A program made the position numbers and the translations under genes. Positions 8,369 to 18,638 of a DNA stretch of 64,000 nt are shown here, piece by piece (positions within the stretch are counted from its first letter, which is position 1; each line of letters begins with the position of its first letter). Under the pieces are notes generated by a model that made no database searches, was not told the origin of the DNA, and saw only the letters and a list, made by a program, of their open reading frames with translations. The stretch comes from a virus. The DNA lies in IMG/VR virus record IMGVR_UViG_3300017963_000261, positions 7,163 through 71,162 of that record. One strand, given 5' to 3'.

Positions 8369-9041
8369 ACTGAAGACGGTCAAGGACATCGAAAAGGCGG
8401 GCAAGCTGGTGCATCACAGCCCTGGCGACTGGGTGGACGTGGGCAAGCAGTTGGCGCTCCGTTGGGTTCACCAGGGTGATGCAGAGATCATGACTTCGGA
8501 CGTGCTAGAGTTCATCGACTCCGACACGTCGGGCATCGTGTTGCTGGATCACGAAGAGGCGGGCAAGATGGCCTTGGCCGAGGTCGCGGGCCACGTTGGT
8601 GTGGTGTGCGGCACGTATGAGTTGCGCTGGCCCAAGACGCTGCTATGGAATCCAGAGTTACCGATGCGCCTGGAGTTGCTGCCCATCGGCTATCACCTGC
8701 TCGATACCTGGCAAGTGGCCGCCCCGATGTACGACTATGAGGTGCTGGCCCGTGACGTGGGGGAGAAGGAAGACAAGGCGCGAACAGCGGATTTGCTGCA
8801 CACGGCAGACCAGTTGCGACGCAATCCCGCCTGTTACCTGGCCGTGCCCCTGCTGGACTGGCGGATGGTGTTTGTCAATCGGTGTAGTGATACCGATTAC
8901 CTGATGAACTGTTGGGATGAGGAGCGGGTGGATAGCACCGACCCGTTCCACTCATTCTTGCGGGCCGTGTACCGCGCCAAGCCGACAATTTGCACGCTAC
9001 CGACGACGTGGAGTGATAGGGGGAGAGGGCCAGCGGAGTGA
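8358..9041 (+). CDS. small capsid-region domain fused to degenerate glycosyltransferase-like domain
   Basis: N-terminal PGDWVDV...WVHQGDA; C-terminus resembles the neighbouring GT8-like proteins (MVFVNRC...WDEE...FLRAVY). Confidence 0.6.
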   Translation: MWIKLKTVKDIEKAGKLVHHSPGDWVDVGKQLALRWVHQGDAEIMTSDVLEFIDSDTSGIVLLDHEEAGKMALAEVAGHVGVVCGTYELRWPKTLLWNPELPMRLELLPIGYHLLDTWQVAAPMYDYEVLARDVGEKEDKARTADLLHTADQLRRNPACYLAVPLLDWRMVFVNRCSDTDYLMNCWDEERVDSTDPFHSFLRAVYRAKPTICTLPTTWSDRGRGPAE

Positions 9042-9670
9042 ACGGTGTCATATACGTGGCCTATGGTGAGCGTGCCCGGCGTGAGGCGCTGATGAGCATC
9101 GGGCTATTGCGTCGGCATAGTTGGTTGCCTGCGTGCGTCATTGGCCCGGCGTGCGACCGCACATTCTGGGGCACGCGCCGCCGGGACGTGCATCACATCG
9201 CGTTCACCGACCACCATCCTGGCGCGCGATGGGCCAAGTTACATTTCAACATCCTGAGTCCGTATAGCCAAACGCTCTACCTGGACGCTGACACGCGACC
9301 ATATCAGGATGTGAGCGTGGGGTTTCAGGCGTTGGCCGATGGATGGGACGTGGCGATGGCTCCAAGTAGCCAGCAGGATGATGCGTTCCTGTGGCATTGC
9401 TCCGAGGCTGACCGTGAGGCGGCGATGGCACCGTACTGGATGCGCCCCCTGGCTCTCCAGGCGGGCGTAATGTTCGTGCGTCGATGTGAGGCGACGGATG
9501 CGCTATTTGAGGCGTGGCGTGAGGAATGGCAAGTGTACCGCGATCAAGACCAGGGCGCGCTACTGCGGGCATTGGCCCGTGTGCCGGTGCGGATGTGGCT
9601 TCTTGGCAGGGAATGGAACGGGGGTATGATTATCGGGCATCAGTTTGGGATGGCGGCGAGGAGGCGATAG
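9038..9670 (+). CDS. GT-A (GT8-like) glycosyltransferase
   Basis: LYLDADT DxD motif; QAGVMF; QDQGALLRAL. Confidence 0.8.
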   Translation: MNGVIYVAYGERARREALMSIGLLRRHSWLPACVIGPACDRTFWGTRRRDVHHIAFTDHHPGARWAKLHFNILSPYSQTLYLDADTRPYQDVSVGFQALADGWDVAMAPSSQQDDAFLWHCSEADREAAMAPYWMRPLALQAGVMFVRRCEATDALFEAWREEWQVYRDQDQGALLRALARVPVRMWLLGREWNGGMIIGHQFGMAARRR

Positions 9671-11329
9671 GTGCGCGTTCACATCGTAGATAGAGACTAT
9701 GCCAAGGACCACAACGAGCACGGTATCCTCTCCCGTCTGGCCCGCCTGTTGGCAGACAGTGACCCCGCCTGGACCATCAGCGATAGGCCAAGCGACCAGG
9801 CTGACCTCAATTGGTTCTCCTCCTACATCGAGTTCGCAGAACGGCACAGCGATTTCTTTGCCACCCACACCGCTGCGTTCTTCACCCACTATGAGCAGGG
9901 CACGCCGTACAAGGAATTCTGGTGGGACCTGGCCGCAGAGCGCATTGGGCTGCGGCTGACCTGCGCGCCGATGTACGCGGAGATGCTCAAGGCGACCGGG
10001 CCGACCCGGCTGGTGCGTGCGCCTGTGGACCGCGCCAAGTTCACACCAGGCCCGAAGCGCGACCACGACTCGCCTGTGGTCGGCCTATCTGGATTCGTGG
10101 ACCGGCGTAGCGGGCGCAAGGGCGAGGATCTGGTGGCGCGGCTGGCTGCATCATTGGCCGATGAGGTGACGTTCGTCGGCAGTGGCAAGGGCTGGCCTGT
10201 CCATACCCGCCGCCGCCACATCAACGACCTGCCCGACTTTTACCGGGGCCTCGACGTGCTATTGTGTGCCAGTCGCATTGAGGGTGTCCCAATGCCCCCA
10301 CTGGAGGCGCTGTCTTGCGGCGTGCCCGTTGTCATCCCGATAGGCGTGGGGATGCTGGATCTGATACCCGATTCACCCGGTGTATACCGATTCCCGGCGG
10401 GCGACTATGGCGCGATGGAGCAGGCGGTGCGGGATGCTATCGTTGGGGAGTACGACCCGGAAAAACTGCGCGATTTGACGGAACCGTACAGCGTGCGAAA
10501 CTGGGTAGAGGACCACCGCGCCGTATTCGAGGATATCCACGGCAACGTACCCAAGGCAGCGCTAGAGAGTGACCGTCACGGCAAGCGTGGCGTGTACTAT
10601 GTGGCCTTTGGCGAACCGGCGCGCAAGTGTGCCCAGGCGTCAATGCTGAGTTTTCGGGAGCACGTCCAGCGGGTAGAGGTTGCACTGGCAGCCACGGAGC
10701 CGATAGGCGTGGAGGACGTGTGGGTGGAGGTGTTGGATGCAGACATTGGCGGGCGTAGCGCCAAGACGCGCATCTATGACCTGGCACCGAACGATTGGCA
10801 GTACGTGATGTACCTGGACGCCGATACCGAGATAGTTGCCGACCCATCGTTCCTGTTCAAGCCACTGCTGGACGGGTGGGATATGGTCATCTGCAAAAAC
10901 CCCGGCAAGTACCACTTGGCCCGCAATATGAAGCGCAGTGACAACGCCGACGAGGTAGAATACACCTTCAACATCATCGGCACGGACGAACTCATACAGT
11001 TGAACGGCGGCGTATTCACCTTCCAGCGCAATGAGCGCACAGCCGCGTTCTTCCGTTGCTGGCATCAGGAATGGGCGCGGTGGGGCAAGCGGGACCAGGG
11101 GGCGCTACTGCGTGCGCTATGGCAACATCCGTTGCGGCTGATGGTCTTGACGAATCATTGGAACTCAATTGTACGTTATATAGATGGGGACGCTAGACAA
11201 TATACATCTGCGATCTTGCACTTCCCAATGACCGCACGTCGTTGGCGAGGCATTGTGGCGGGGCGTTCAGATAGTGCCGAGGCGTGGGCCAAAGTGAGGG
11301 AGTGGGAGGAGAAGAATCTGGATGTGTGA
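9671..11329 (+). CDS. bifunctional glycosyltransferase: GT4 (GT-B) plus GT8-like (GT-A)
   Basis: RKG...SRIEGVPMPPLEALSCGVPV (EX7E); C-half MYLDADT, LNGGVF, RDQGALLRAL. Confidence 0.88.
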   Translation: MRVHIVDRDYAKDHNEHGILSRLARLLADSDPAWTISDRPSDQADLNWFSSYIEFAERHSDFFATHTAAFFTHYEQGTPYKEFWWDLAAERIGLRLTCAPMYAEMLKATGPTRLVRAPVDRAKFTPGPKRDHDSPVVGLSGFVDRRSGRKGEDLVARLAASLADEVTFVGSGKGWPVHTRRRHINDLPDFYRGLDVLLCASRIEGVPMPPLEALSCGVPVVIPIGVGMLDLIPDSPGVYRFPAGDYGAMEQAVRDAIVGEYDPEKLRDLTEPYSVRNWVEDHRAVFEDIHGNVPKAALESDRHGKRGVYYVAFGEPARKCAQASMLSFREHVQRVEVALAATEPIGVEDVWVEVLDADIGGRSAKTRIYDLAPNDWQYVMYLDADTEIVADPSFLFKPLLDGWDMVICKNPGKYHLARNMKRSDNADEVEYTFNIIGTDELIQLNGGVFTFQRNERTAAFFRCWHQEWARWGKRDQGALLRALWQHPLRLMVLTNHWNSIVRYIDGDARQYTSAILHFPMTARRWRGIVAGRSDSAEAWAKVREWEEKNLDV

Positions 11330-11708
11330 TTACGCCTGGGCCAGTGTGGAGGACCGTGTGCCTGCTGATGAGACTGTGGTATGGGTAGAGGATGCGGTTG
11401 AAGGCATTGTGCAGGGCTACTTGCGGAATGGGCAATGGATGGCGCTGCACCCTGGCGGCCTGGAGGGTGACACTCTCTATCACGTCACGCGCTGGTGGCC
11501 GTGGCTGGTGCCGGATCCGATTGAGGCACCAATCGACATTATAGTGCGTATCTACAAGCGTCCGTGGTGGAAGGTGCTCTTGCGGCTGCCCCGGACGTGG
11601 CACGGTCATTACAAGATTATGCGACGATGTGGGGCATCAAGGCTAGTAGCCCTTTGTGGTGCGTGGGTATTGGCACGTACCCTCTTGATCGTCGGAAAGG
11701 AGAAGTAG
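11322..11708 (+). CDS. DUF551-like hypothetical protein
   Basis: WASVEDRVP...VTRWWP. Confidence 0.55.
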   Translation: MCDYAWASVEDRVPADETVVWVEDAVEGIVQGYLRNGQWMALHPGGLEGDTLYHVTRWWPWLVPDPIEAPIDIIVRIYKRPWWKVLLRLPRTWHGHYKIMRRCGASRLVALCGAWVLARTLLIVGKEK

Positions 11709-12751
11709 TGAAACCGATTCGCGTCTTGCTCCTGCACCGTGACGAATGGTATCGCTGGCTTCCCCGCATCGACGGTGGGTTCGCCTATGAGGTACCGCAG
11801 TTCATCGTGGACCATCACGTCCTGCCCAAAGCATTCAAGTTACGCCTGGATGCTGATTTGCCCATCGCGGAGAACGGCAACCCCTGGCCCGACGTGGTAT
11901 GGTTGGATGAGGGCAAGTTCAAATCGCACTCTGCCATCCTGCCGGGGCGACCGCGTAGCATTCACAATCTGCCCCCAGTCGTGCAGCACGTCCTATATCC
12001 CACCCTGACGGATAGCCACTATCGCACGCGCCTGGAGCGGGCCAAAGCGAACGCCGACTTGGTGCTGCTGGACCACGATGACCTGGACAGGTGGCGCACG
12101 GGATTGGGCAAGGCGCTGCCAGCGCGCCGCTTTGCCTATAGCGTCAATGAGCGATTCTACTGCGATCAGGGCTTGCGCCGTGACATCGACGTGGGATTCT
12201 ATTGTGTGTATGCATTCAACCGGGAGCGGCCTGCCCTGGACAAGTGGCTGGAACAGTTCTGCGAGCGCAAGGGCTGGCACTATGGCAGCACCTACGGCAA
12301 GTCAGTTGGCCCGCGCTACGCCCGCCTGTTGGCACGGACCAAGGTCGTGGTTCACCTGAATCGCACGCCTGCCACCCGCCCGCCACGCATCTTTGATTGT
12401 GGGGCCACGGGCACCGCGCTGCTGTCTAACCCGATGCCGCAAGTGTCGGGGGAATACTGGGAGCCGTGGGTGCATTATGCCGTATTTGAGGAGCCTCGTA
12501 GTGAGGAGTACCGTCAGTTCAAAGCCGATGACATCCCGGTGTATGATGACAAAGCCTGTGCTCAGATCGCGGCGGGTCTGGAATGGCTGTTAGAGCAGGG
12601 CAATTGGGAACGGGTAGCGGCCAATACACACGAGCGGGTGTTGGCCTGCCACACCTGGCGGCAACGGGCCGCCGAACTGTACGCGATGCTGCTGGATGAG
12701 TTCCCGCAGCTCAGAGAGGAGCGTGAGGAATGGTGGTATCAGTCTCCGTAA
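11708..12751 (+). CDS. CgeB/YkvP-like glycosyltransferase (GT-B)
   Basis: YARLLARTKVVVHLN...RIFDCGATG...HTWRQRA. Confidence 0.8.
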   Translation: MKPIRVLLLHRDEWYRWLPRIDGGFAYEVPQFIVDHHVLPKAFKLRLDADLPIAENGNPWPDVVWLDEGKFKSHSAILPGRPRSIHNLPPVVQHVLYPTLTDSHYRTRLERAKANADLVLLDHDDLDRWRTGLGKALPARRFAYSVNERFYCDQGLRRDIDVGFYCVYAFNRERPALDKWLEQFCERKGWHYGSTYGKSVGPRYARLLARTKVVVHLNRTPATRPPRIFDCGATGTALLSNPMPQVSGEYWEPWVHYAVFEEPRSEEYRQFKADDIPVYDDKACAQIAAGLEWLLEQGNWERVAANTHERVLACHTWRQRAAELYAMLLDEFPQLREEREEWWYQSP

Positions 12752-13977
12752 TTGGCCTCGGCAAATTGGGCTTGCCACTGGCGGCCTCATTTGCCGAACA
12801 GGGATTCAATGTCGTTGGCGTGGACAATAATCCCAAAGTGATTGAGAGCGTCAATGCTGGGCAGGCACACATCTATGAGCCGGGGTTGCCTGAGCTTCTG
12901 GTGCGTGTAGTGAAAGCGGGGCAGTTACGTGCCACAATGAACGTGGCGAATGCTGTGGCTTGGACAGATGTCACGTTCGTATTAGTGCCCACGCCATCCC
13001 AGGCAGACAAGCGATTCACGAACAAATTCGTACTCCAGGTCTGCAAGGCGCTGCGGCCAGAACTGGACAAGAAGCCGGGGCACGTGGTTGCCATCTCAAG
13101 CACGGTGATGCCAGGGTCCTGTGACGGGCCTATCCGTCACGTACTAGGTGATGCCGTTGGCTTGTGCTACTGCCCAGAGTTCGTGGCGCTTGGCAATACC
13201 ATTGCTGGGTTTCAGCGCCCCGACTTTGTGTTGATTGGGCAGAGTGACGTGCGGGCGGGTGATGTGATGGAAGGCGTCTATAAAGCGTTCTGCACAAATC
13301 GCCCACCCATCTTGCGGACAAACCTAGTCAATGCGGAACTCGCCAAGGTCAACTTGAATTTCGCGGTAACAGCCAAAATCAGCGTAGCCAATACCATAGG
13401 GGAAGAGTGTGAGGGCTTCCCCGGTGCAAGTGCGGACGAGGTGACGCGCATCATCGGCCACGATAGCCGCATTGGGCACAAGTATTTTAAAGCTGGAACA
13501 GCCTTCGGCGGGGCCTGTTTCCCGCGTGACGTTGGGGCAGTCATCGCAACGGCAATAGCGGCGGGAACGTGGTCGCCATTGGCCGAGGCAGTACACAAGG
13601 TCAACCGATACCAGAACGTGCGCCTGACGCGCATCATTGACAGCCTGGAACCGCAGCGTGTAGGTGTTCTTGGCCTAACGTTCAAGCCGGGGACCGATGT
13701 CACGGAGGAGAGCGTTGGGATGTTCCTGGTGGAGCACTACGGCGAGCGGTGCGTGGCCTATGACCCGCTGGTGGCGTGCCCGCGTAGTGAGGAGCGATTG
13801 CGGGACTGCGTGGATTTTGCCGACGTGGTAGTCGTGACCATTATGCTGCCAGAGTTCCGCGATGTGTCATTCTGTGAGGGGCAGACGGTCATCGACTGTT
13901 GGCGCTACCTGGACCGGGAGAAGGTGGAGGCCCAGGGGGCACGGTACATTGGGCTTGGATTAGGTGAAAGGATATAA
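12730..13977 (+). CDS. UDP-glucose/GDP-mannose 6-dehydrogenase family
   Basis: GLGKLG, YEPGL, VPTP, SSTVMPG, PEF, DSRIG, FGGACFPRD, GLTFKPGT. Confidence 0.93.
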   Translation: MVVSVSVIGLGKLGLPLAASFAEQGFNVVGVDNNPKVIESVNAGQAHIYEPGLPELLVRVVKAGQLRATMNVANAVAWTDVTFVLVPTPSQADKRFTNKFVLQVCKALRPELDKKPGHVVAISSTVMPGSCDGPIRHVLGDAVGLCYCPEFVALGNTIAGFQRPDFVLIGQSDVRAGDVMEGVYKAFCTNRPPILRTNLVNAELAKVNLNFAVTAKISVANTIGEECEGFPGASADEVTRIIGHDSRIGHKYFKAGTAFGGACFPRDVGAVIATAIAAGTWSPLAEAVHKVNRYQNVRLTRIIDSLEPQRVGVLGLTFKPGTDVTEESVGMFLVEHYGERCVAYDPLVACPRSEERLRDCVDFADVVVVTIMLPEFRDVSFCEGQTVIDCWRYLDREKVEAQGARYIGLGLGERI

Positions 13978-13978
13978 G

Positions 13979-15001
13979 ATGACAAAAACAAGAGTACTCG
14001 TCACAGGCGCGGGCGGATTCATCGGGACGTGGCTAGTCCGTCGCCTCAAGCAAGAAGGGTTCTGGGTACGCGGTGCAGATATCAAGCGCCCACAATGGTC
14101 TGCAACCGAGGCCGACGACTGGCGGCCCTTGGACTTGCGCTACCCCGGCAACTGTCGGTCGGCGTGTGAGGGCATAGATCGGGTGTTCAACCTAGCCGCC
14201 GATATGGGTGGGATGGGGTTCATTACCACCCACGATGCGGAAATCATCAGGAACAACACGATGATTAACGTGAATATGATAGAGGCTGCCCATCAGGCGG
14301 GCGTAGACCGGTACCTCGTGTCATCGAGTGCCTGCATCTATCCGAACTATCTGCAAGATTCGATGGACGCCCTACCGCTGCGTGAGGAGGACGCCTATCC
14401 CGCCGATCCGCAGGGTGCGTATGGCTGGGAGAAGTTGCACGCCGAACACCTGTGCAAATACTACAGGGAGGCCGGATGGTTGGACACGCGCATCGTGCGC
14501 TTCCATAACGTTTACGGCCCTGAAGGCAGTTGGGCGGGCGAATGGAACGATGAACGCCAGGACTGGGACGGTGGGCGCGAAAAGGCACCGGCAGCGATGT
14601 GTCGCAAGGTGGCCGTTGCCAAGCTCAAGGGCACCAGGGAAGTCGAGGTCTGGGGCGATGGGCAGGCGGTGCGCTCCTATATGCACATCGGTGATTGTGT
14701 GGATGGGCTGCTACGCTTTATGGAGTCACCCTACCCCGGCCCGGTGCAGTTTGGGCGCGATAGGGCCATTACCGTGGATGGGCTGGTGGACCTGATAGCC
14801 AACATCGCGGGCATTACGGTGGACAAGGTACACGTCGAGGGGCCGCAGGGCGTGCGGCGGCGCAATAGCGACAACACGCTATGCCGGGATGTACTGAACT
14901 GGGAGCCGATCGTGCCACTTGAGGAAGGGCTGAGAGATACGTATGGCTGGATTGAAGCACAAGTCGAGAAGGGGCTAAAGGCGCACGGTGTCCTTACCTA
15001 A
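13979..15001 (+). CDS. GDP-mannose 3',5'-epimerase (GME)-type SDR
   Basis: TGAGGFIG, LAADMGGMGFI, SSACIYP, AYGWEK, RFHNVYGP, GGREKAPAAMCRK, WGDG. Confidence 0.9.
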   Translation: MTKTRVLVTGAGGFIGTWLVRRLKQEGFWVRGADIKRPQWSATEADDWRPLDLRYPGNCRSACEGIDRVFNLAADMGGMGFITTHDAEIIRNNTMINVNMIEAAHQAGVDRYLVSSSACIYPNYLQDSMDALPLREEDAYPADPQGAYGWEKLHAEHLCKYYREAGWLDTRIVRFHNVYGPEGSWAGEWNDERQDWDGGREKAPAAMCRKVAVAKLKGTREVEVWGDGQAVRSYMHIGDCVDGLLRFMESPYPGPVQFGRDRAITVDGLVDLIANIAGITVDKVHVEGPQGVRRRNSDNTLCRDVLNWEPIVPLEEGLRDTYGWIEAQVEKGLKAHGVLT

Positions 15002-15860
15002 ATGCCTTATCTCCGTCGTAGGTCGCCTACTGTACTGGGACGGACGCAAAGCACACACCGTTCTGGAGGCAGAGGAGCGCGTGTTTGGTGTCACCTGGGA
15101 TGAACGTCGCGTATACGTAGCGGCGGGGCGACATCCTGGGCGCGTACTGGTGCTGGATGGACGACTGCACACGATAGAGGGGTTTGGTGTGCGCGAGGGC
15201 GACCTGTGGGACCTGCATCAGCTATTCTGGCACGGCGGTGTATTGCACGTCGTAGAGACGGGGCGCAATACGCTGCACCGGGTTGGCCTGAAGCGCATCG
15301 GCTGGGAGATGCGCGGCTATTGCGCGCCCAATGACGATCCACATATCAACTCCATCTGGGGCAACGGGCGGCGACATTGGGTTGTGGAGCACTGGAACGC
15401 CTGTTGCCCGAAGCGAGTGCGCGTCTTCGACCAATGCTGGCGCACGTTGACAGTTCACGAGTTCCACGAGCACCTATTCCCGGCCCGCGTCAAGTCGGGT
15501 TTGCACAATGTATTCGTCGAGGGCGGTATACTATACGTATTGAGTCCCGATGCTGTCCTGTGTAAGCGTCTGGCGCTGGACCAGATAGAGCGACATCCCA
15601 TCCACGCTACGCTGGCCGCGACCTACCTGCGGGGATTAGCACGCGACAAAGATGGCTTCTATATTGGCGTGTCCAAGTACCGAGAGTCGCGTCCAGACCG
15701 TCACCACGGCGATGCGGCGGTGGCTGTGCTGGATGACACTTTGGCCCTGCGTGATTTGGTCGTATTGGAGGATGCGGGCGAGGTGTACGAGATACGCCTA
15801 TTGAATGGCGACTGGGCACATAACGTCTTGCCCTGCCCGTTCCAGGGAGGCGCACGGTGA
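14988..15860 (+). CDS. beta-propeller-like protein (DUF4915/TIGR03032-like), paralog 1
   Basis: PHINSI, YLRGLA...FYIGVS, EVYEIR. Confidence 0.6.
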   Translation: MSLPKCLISVVGRLLYWDGRKAHTVLEAEERVFGVTWDERRVYVAAGRHPGRVLVLDGRLHTIEGFGVREGDLWDLHQLFWHGGVLHVVETGRNTLHRVGLKRIGWEMRGYCAPNDDPHINSIWGNGRRHWVVEHWNACCPKRVRVFDQCWRTLTVHEFHEHLFPARVKSGLHNVFVEGGILYVLSPDAVLCKRLALDQIERHPIHATLAATYLRGLARDKDGFYIGVSKYRESRPDRHHGDAAVAVLDDTLALRDLVVLEDAGEVYEIRLLNGDWAHNVLPCPFQGGAR

Positions 15861-16534
15861 GCAATCCGATGCCTGAAGTCCTGGTCGGCGGCTTTGCCCG
15901 TTCTGGCACCTCTGCCGTGACGATGCTCATCACGATGATGGGCATTCCGGCGGGCAAACACCTCAAGCCGGGAGAGGCCAGCAATCCGCGTGGCTATTGG
16001 GAGTGTATGCCCATCCGCAAGGCAGCTTGGGAAGCAGCGGGCGTTCATCATCCCTACTGGCAGCACATACCGGATACAATGCCCCCCGCGCCGCTGGCTC
16101 TACGTGGTAGCCCCAAGCGGGCCTGTATCGCGCACTTGGCACATCGCTACAACGCACACGTCTACAAGGACAGCTATCTGCCGCTGCTGTATCAGCTATT
16201 CCCTGCCAATGCCAAGTACGTTGTGGTGCGCCGGGGCTGGCGTGCGGTGTACGATAGTGCGATGGCGACCAAGGCGCGCGACATCCCGCCGTTGCAGTAC
16301 CGCCAAGCCGTGGCGCATTATGAGCGACTGGCAAAACAGATGGCCCAGGACGTGGAGACCCTGTTCGTGGACTACGAGACGTTCAATGCCGACTTTGACG
16401 CTGAGGTGGGGCGACTGGCTGCATTCTTGGACAAGCCGCTGGATAGGCTAGAAGAGATGCGGCGTGAGTGGTATCCGAATGAGGAATGGTACAAGCGACA
16501 GGGGTACACGCGGGCGGAGTGGGGGAAGCGATAA
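15857..16534 (+). CDS. sulfotransferase family protein
   Basis: GFARSGTS 5'-PSB loop; NPRGYWE; VDYE. Confidence 0.8.
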   Translation: MSNPMPEVLVGGFARSGTSAVTMLITMMGIPAGKHLKPGEASNPRGYWECMPIRKAAWEAAGVHHPYWQHIPDTMPPAPLALRGSPKRACIAHLAHRYNAHVYKDSYLPLLYQLFPANAKYVVVRRGWRAVYDSAMATKARDIPPLQYRQAVAHYERLAKQMAQDVETLFVDYETFNADFDAEVGRLAAFLDKPLDRLEEMRREWYPNEEWYKRQGYTRAEWGKR

Positions 16535-16558
16535 ACCCCAGGCCACTTGTAGGTGCGT

Positions 16559-17011
16559 CTATTCTATAATGATGATGGTTCGGACGGTCTTTTCGCGTAT
16601 TGGTAGCGTAACCTTGCCACTATCATATTCCTGTATGAAGAGATGTAGGGCATATCGGAGAACGCCGTTCAGGGTGACGCTGTGTTCAGCAGCAATGTCT
16701 TTGAGGCGCTTATGGGTATCATCGCTCACTCTGTAGGTATGGCGTGGATAAGCCTTATCATATGGGGGGACATGGCGAGGGATACGCCTCTTGTGTAGTT
16801 TGATGTACTTGCGTTTCTCTGCTAAGGAAGAGAAGAGTTGCCCGCCAGCAACGGAGTTGCATATGCTACAGGCAGCAACCAAGTTGTTGTCCTCGTGTGT
16901 CCCTCCGTGGTTCTGGGGGACGATGTGGTCTATTTCTGTAGCTGGGCCGTCGCAATATGCACAGATATAGTTGTCTCGCTTAAGTATGCGCTTAACGGGG
17001 TATGAACTCAT
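16559..17011 (-). CDS. HNH endonuclease with C-terminal RHH-like domain
   Basis: RDNYICAYC...IDHIVP...NLVAACSICN; HTYRVSDDTHKRLKDIAAEHSVTLNGVLR. Confidence 0.88.
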   Translation of the reverse strand: MSSYPVKRILKRDNYICAYCDGPATEIDHIVPQNHGGTHEDNNLVAACSICNSVAGGQLFSSLAEKRKYIKLHKRRIPRHVPPYDKAYPRHTYRVSDDTHKRLKDIAAEHSVTLNGVLRYALHLFIQEYDSGKVTLPIREKTVRTIIIIE

Positions 17012-17042
17012 TTTGGCCTCCTGAGTATGTGGGTATGCCCCT

Positions 17043-17071
17043 AGTATACCAGGTTAGGGAGATTTTGTCAA
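17043..17071 (-). promoter_or_regulatory. sigma70 promoter of the HNH gene
   Basis: TTGACA-N17-TATACT. Confidence 0.8.
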
Positions 17072-17085
17072 GTGAATATGAAACG

Positions 17086-17925
17086 GTGATAGAACCACTG
17101 CTTATCGCGGGCTACGACAAGATATTCCACTGGGACGGGCAAGGCCTCGACGTGCTCCTGGAGACACAGGGGCGTGCGGGCGGCCTGACCTGGAGCGATG
17201 AACACCTGTACGTGGTGGATGGTTATAGCATCGTGGCCTATGATGCCGATCTGTGGCTGGGGGGACTGCGAACGCTGGAGCGTGACCCTGACCCGCAAAT
17301 CCATCAACTGTACTGGTGGGGCGGGACACTGTATGCCGTGCTGTCGGGCACACACGCGGTAGGCTGGTGGCGGGAGTGGGAGCAGGGGCGCATTGAATGG
17401 CCGGGGCGCTATTGTGAAAAGGGCGATGACCCACGCATGAACTCTATCTGGTGTGATGGGGATAGATTCTATGTTGTGGAACACTGGCGCGATGAACTAC
17501 CCAAGGTCATTCGCACATTCGACTTGGGCTGGCATCCGCATGACGTGGTCCACGTCGGGGCCGAGGCGTTCGATGTGCGCTGGAATGGGCTGCACAATGT
17601 CTATGCCGAGGCAGGTGCGTTATACACTCTGGGACCACAACGCATCTTGCGCATCACGGGGCCAAGCACGCGCATCACACAGATGTCTCCCCGCCACTAC
17701 CTACGCGGATTGGCGCGCACGGACAAGGCGTTCTACGTCGGCCTGTCGCTATATCGCCCGGCCCGCGAGGACAGGACATCAGGTGACGGGATGGTGTGGG
17801 CACTGGATGACAACTTGCAAAAGGTGGATGAGTTGGTCATACCGGGGGCGGGGCAAATACACGAGGTAAGGGCGCTGGTAGGTGACAGGGCGCACAATGG
17901 ATTACAGTGTCCCATCCGCTTTTAG
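17086..17925 (+). CDS. beta-propeller-like protein, paralog 2
   Basis: Shares WDG, HQL, NSIW, VVEHW, GLHNV, YLRGLAR, GD-AHN with 14988-15860. Confidence 0.65.
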   Translation: MIEPLLIAGYDKIFHWDGQGLDVLLETQGRAGGLTWSDEHLYVVDGYSIVAYDADLWLGGLRTLERDPDPQIHQLYWWGGTLYAVLSGTHAVGWWREWEQGRIEWPGRYCEKGDDPRMNSIWCDGDRFYVVEHWRDELPKVIRTFDLGWHPHDVVHVGAEAFDVRWNGLHNVYAEAGALYTLGPQRILRITGPSTRITQMSPRHYLRGLARTDKAFYVGLSLYRPAREDRTSGDGMVWALDDNLQKVDELVIPGAGQIHEVRALVGDRAHNGLQCPIRF

Positions 17926-18602
17926 ATTACACCTGGCTAGAACGTGCTTATTGGGGCAAGGGCTGTTTCATTGAGGACTACCTGTTGCTGTCTGCACTGG
18001 TCCATCTTCTCAAGCCGCGCACGTTGCTTGAGATAGGCACCTCCACAGGCCTTGGTGCTGTCGTGTTAGCTCAGGCTGCGCGGCAGCACCACGCCAAGGC
18101 GAAGGTGTGGACCATCGACGTGGATCAGCGCCACGGGCGGGATAACGTTCACCTGATACCCGGCATCGCAGAGTACATTGAATTCAGGCAGGGGGCAAGC
18201 GATGACGTGCTGGCAGAGTACCGGCAGAAGGGGCAGCGGTTCGACCTGGCATTCATCGACGGCGACCATTCCTATGCCCAGGCGTGCCGGGACTGGCGCA
18301 ACGTGCGACGGCTGACAGAGTTCGTCATCCTGCACGACACGACGCAGTTCACCGGCCTGCAACAGTTGGCACGCACGATAGAGGAGAATGGACGCTATCA
18401 GGTGTTCCAGTTCGTGAGCGCACCGGGGCACCGCGTCAAGCCAAAGTGGACACGGGAGGGATTTTGCACCGGGATGACGCTGGTGCAGTCTACCGACCTG
18501 TTGGGCTGGCTGCCCGCACAAGTACACCGTGACCACAATGGCGATTTGCTGCCGGGGCATCCAGAGCGCAAAGTGCCGGGATTGAAAGTGCCGTGGCTAT
18601 AG
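17907..18602 (+). CDS. class I SAM-dependent methyltransferase (Methyltransf_24-like)
   Basis: LEIGTSTG; FDLAFIDGDHSY; ILHDT. Confidence 0.88.
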   Translation: MSHPLLDYTWLERAYWGKGCFIEDYLLLSALVHLLKPRTLLEIGTSTGLGAVVLAQAARQHHAKAKVWTIDVDQRHGRDNVHLIPGIAEYIEFRQGASDDVLAEYRQKGQRFDLAFIDGDHSYAQACRDWRNVRRLTEFVILHDTTQFTGLQQLARTIEENGRYQVFQFVSAPGHRVKPKWTREGFCTGMTLVQSTDLLGWLPAQVHRDHNGDLLPGHPERKVPGLKVPWL

Positions 18603-18629
18603 ACACAGGAGCCACTTTTGTGGTACAAT
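18600..18629 (+). promoter_or_regulatory. probable tRNA promoter
   Basis: TAGACA-N18-TACAAT with TG extension. Confidence 0.55.
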
Positions 18630-18638
18630 GGAAACGAT

